A stretch of 64,000 nt of DNA from Spizellomyces punctatus DAOM BR117 (taxonomy: Eukaryota): the NCBI GenBank assembly GCA_000182565.2, contig KQ257460.1. One strand, written 5' to 3'. The notes under the pieces are model-generated. The model had not been told where the DNA came from. It saw nothing but the letters and a program-made list of their open reading frames with translations, and made no database searches. Positions 61,619 through 64,000 of the stretch are shown piece after piece (the first letter of the stretch is position 1; each line of letters begins with the position of its first letter). The position numbers and the translations under genes were made by a program.

Positions 61619-62149
61619 CTTACTACATTGGGGGCAAGCATTGTATGATCATGGTGATAATTGTCGTAGTGTAGGTTTTGATGTAACTTTTTTTTATGTG
61701 TATGCTTTAATTTTGTGTTTACTGTTACAATCTATGAATGGAATCAGCAATCTTTCGGTGCCTCTCTCTCAACGGTCAATGATCTAACTTCAGAGCTTTA
61801 AAGGACAAGCTCTCAAAGGAGCGTCGCGAGGGCGACACGAAAAGGGACGAGATTGGGTTTGGTCATTCACTGCAATCTGGTTTTCGCCTCAGATCTATTT
61901 CACGATGCGGAGGCTGATATGGCAGCAGGCTTCGAGTAGTAATCCCGTGAACAAGGACATTGATCTACCCAGGAGACGACACATGTAATGAATTTGCTTG
62001 GTTGTTAACTCCACTTACACGGGAATGAATCACTGGCAGTTCATATAGTCAGAATTTCAACGAAGATAATTGACTCAGGAACCGATCTTCACTTCAGTTT
62101 GACTCCATTGGGAAAATCTAGCTCCTTCCACTATGTAGCAGATATATTT

Positions 62150-62760
62150 GACCAAGAAATGATCCATGTATGCACTTGATGAGGTGCCCACACTGTCAGC
62201 CCACACTAGGTATTGCGTAACGCTTTGCGCGTTCAAAGTGCATCAGTCAGCTCCAATGCCACATTTCCTTCCACTTGTTATCATCGAAACTTTCCTTTGA
62301 GCTATGCAGCAAACATGTTTTCAGCAATGGCAGACGAAAAATGGAAAGGATAAAATGATCGAGATGGTTTGCCAAAACAACAAATCCATTTTGTTCATCG
62401 GCCAAGGCTTAAGGCACGGCCTGGGAATATTCTGATGGTTTGGGAAGGCTGAAGATCTGGACTTCTCGCTTGGGATACACAACTTTAGTAATAAGCAACA
62501 AGTGCAGAGGGTGTCCTTTTGCCTGTAGGCAACAAAGTCACGGACGCTGGCGGGACTCGCAAGATCCAGTTGCAGGAACTGAGAGTGCGAAACTCTGCCT
62601 GGATTCAGCGCACTCTGGCAGGTAACTACTTTTCCTGACTTTTTTCGATTCCTGAAAGCAATGATAACATGATAATCAACAAGGGACAGAAGCTTGGCAG
62701 CATACGCGAACCATGCCTGTGTTGCCGCCTGTGACATTGCAATAAACGGCGGGAGATGGA
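62150..62760 (-). pseudogene. Decayed short-chain dehydrogenase/reductase (retinol-DH/WWOX-like)
   Basis: VTGGNTGM, YHVIIAFRN, FLQLDLASPASVRDFV and ANHLDHF motifs lie in different frames with stops. Confidence 0.7.
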
Positions 62761-63105
62761 GTGATCGTGAATCCTGCCTTGGTAGTGAGAGGAGCCCTTC
62801 CAGGTGCCTGAAGCACGTGACCCAAAACCTGTGGAAAGTTTCGGCGCCTCGGAGGCTTCGGAGCCTTACGCAATGAGTATGACTAAGCCGACATCTCTGA
62901 TTCATGTGAGAATCGATGTTGCAAATAATTTTCCCATATGTTTCCGCAAATCTTGATCTCATCTGCGCGGCGGACAGGCAGACACAGATTTCAGCAGCTA
63001 GAATGAGAGTGCTAGTAGGGCAGGAATCTTGGGCCAACAGAATCAAACTGTCACACGGGCCCGTTTATTACACGCACTATCCATTGAGAGAAAGGCCCGG
63101 CATGG

Positions 63106-64000
63106 CTATCCTAAAGGTCCACCTCCTTCCTCCGTCACCGCTAACAGCTGTACCAACATTCCATTGACATCCACATCGCCATCATCACCAACATGGAACG
63201 CGGCTTCACTTTTCGCTCGTCCTAAAACGATTTTCGCCTGCCCTTCGTCACAAGCGTGAGCATGAACAAGGTGATATTTCAATCCGTTTAGGTTTTTATA
63301 CCGCTTGTCACAAAATGTACATCGAAAGGGCTTGTGAACTGGTGGTTTTTGTGAATTGGAGGAGTCAGATGGCGGAGGAGAGATTTCTGGATGTCCGTGT
63401 TCCAGATGGTACTTGAGGCCGTTAGGATTTTTGTATGATTTCAGACAGCCGTCATGTGGGCACTTGAAAGGTTTCGGTGTGCTGTCTGACTGCTCCTTTT
63501 TGGTCTGAGATGGCTTCTTTGGGGGGGCCGAACGTTGTAGCAGGGTTTGTTGATGTGATGGTGGGGGAGCAGGTGAGAACGTTGCTGGAATTCCCGGTAT
63601 TTGAATTGCGGATGAATCCAGCGCCAGAGGAGCCGGTAATATGGCGTGTACTGGTCGTACTGGTGGCGTAGCGAGGGTGGACGCCTCAAGATTGGTGATG
63701 AGATAGTCGACGATGTCGTTGCCATTTTCTGGATTGCGATTACGTGATTGCTGGTGAGTGTTCGGGAGCTGCGGAGATACGTCCATATTCATGTTAAGGT
63801 GGTGAGACAGACCCGGCGGATGAAGTGCCTGTGGTGCGTGAGTTGGTGACGTTCGATTGTGCTGAGCTGGTGCAAGCTGCTGTGATAAGGCGGACGTGAC
63901 TTGCTGTGATGGCGTTGTGAAGGAGGTTGCTGGCACGATGATGGGTGTAGAAGTAGGGTGCAGATTTTGGTTCTGCTGCTGCGAATGGCGCTGCTCAACC
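63106..64000 (-). CDS. SFP1: Sfp1-like C2H2 zinc-finger transcription factor (5' part outside window)
   Basis: KPFKCPHDGCLKSYKNPNGLKYHLEHGH and KPFRCTFCDKRYKNLNGLKYH fingers characteristic of Sfp1. Confidence 0.8.
   Translation of the reverse strand, partial: VEQRHSQQQNQNLHPTSTPIIVPATSFTTPSQQVTSALSQQLAPAQHNRTSPTHAPQALHPPGLSHHLNMNMDVSPQLPNTHQQSRNRNPENGNDIVDYLITNLEASTLATPPVRPVHAILPAPLALDSSAIQIPGIPATFSPAPPPSHQQTLLQRSAPPKKPSQTKKEQSDSTPKPFKCPHDGCLKSYKNPNGLKYHLEHGHPEISPPPSDSSNSQKPPVHKPFRCTFCDKRYKNLNGLKYHLVHAHACDEGQAKIVLGRAKSEAAFHVGDDGDVDVNGMLVQLLAVTEEGGGPLG

Overview
Intron-rich eukaryotic genomic DNA, most likely an early-diverging flagellated fungus (chytrid-like). This is an inference from a velvet gene, Num1/ApsA-like and Sfp1-like genes, and a STIL/SAS-5-like centriole motif. 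The first ~15.2 kb is gene-sparse and low-complexity. It holds a STIL/Ana2-like gene, a decayed Ty1/copia element, an assembly gap, a secreted Asn-rich protein gene, microsatellites, a PA-TM-RING E3 ligase, a TM/coiled-coil orphan, a kinase pseudogene and a 7TM protein. The rest is compact housekeeping-type DNA: F-box, F-box-JmjC-phosphotransferase, HIR3/Cabin1, PIG-A/GPI3, two TBC Rab-GAPs, a YEA4/SLC35B4 transporter, NSE3/MAGE, mitochondrial uL2m, an EST1/SMG-PIN protein, velvet, Num1-like, a stand-alone split receiver-domain protein, two C2-domain proteins, two tRNAs, an SDR pseudogene and a partial Sfp1-like gene. Exon boundaries were read by eye and family calls rest on remembered motifs; no database searches were run.
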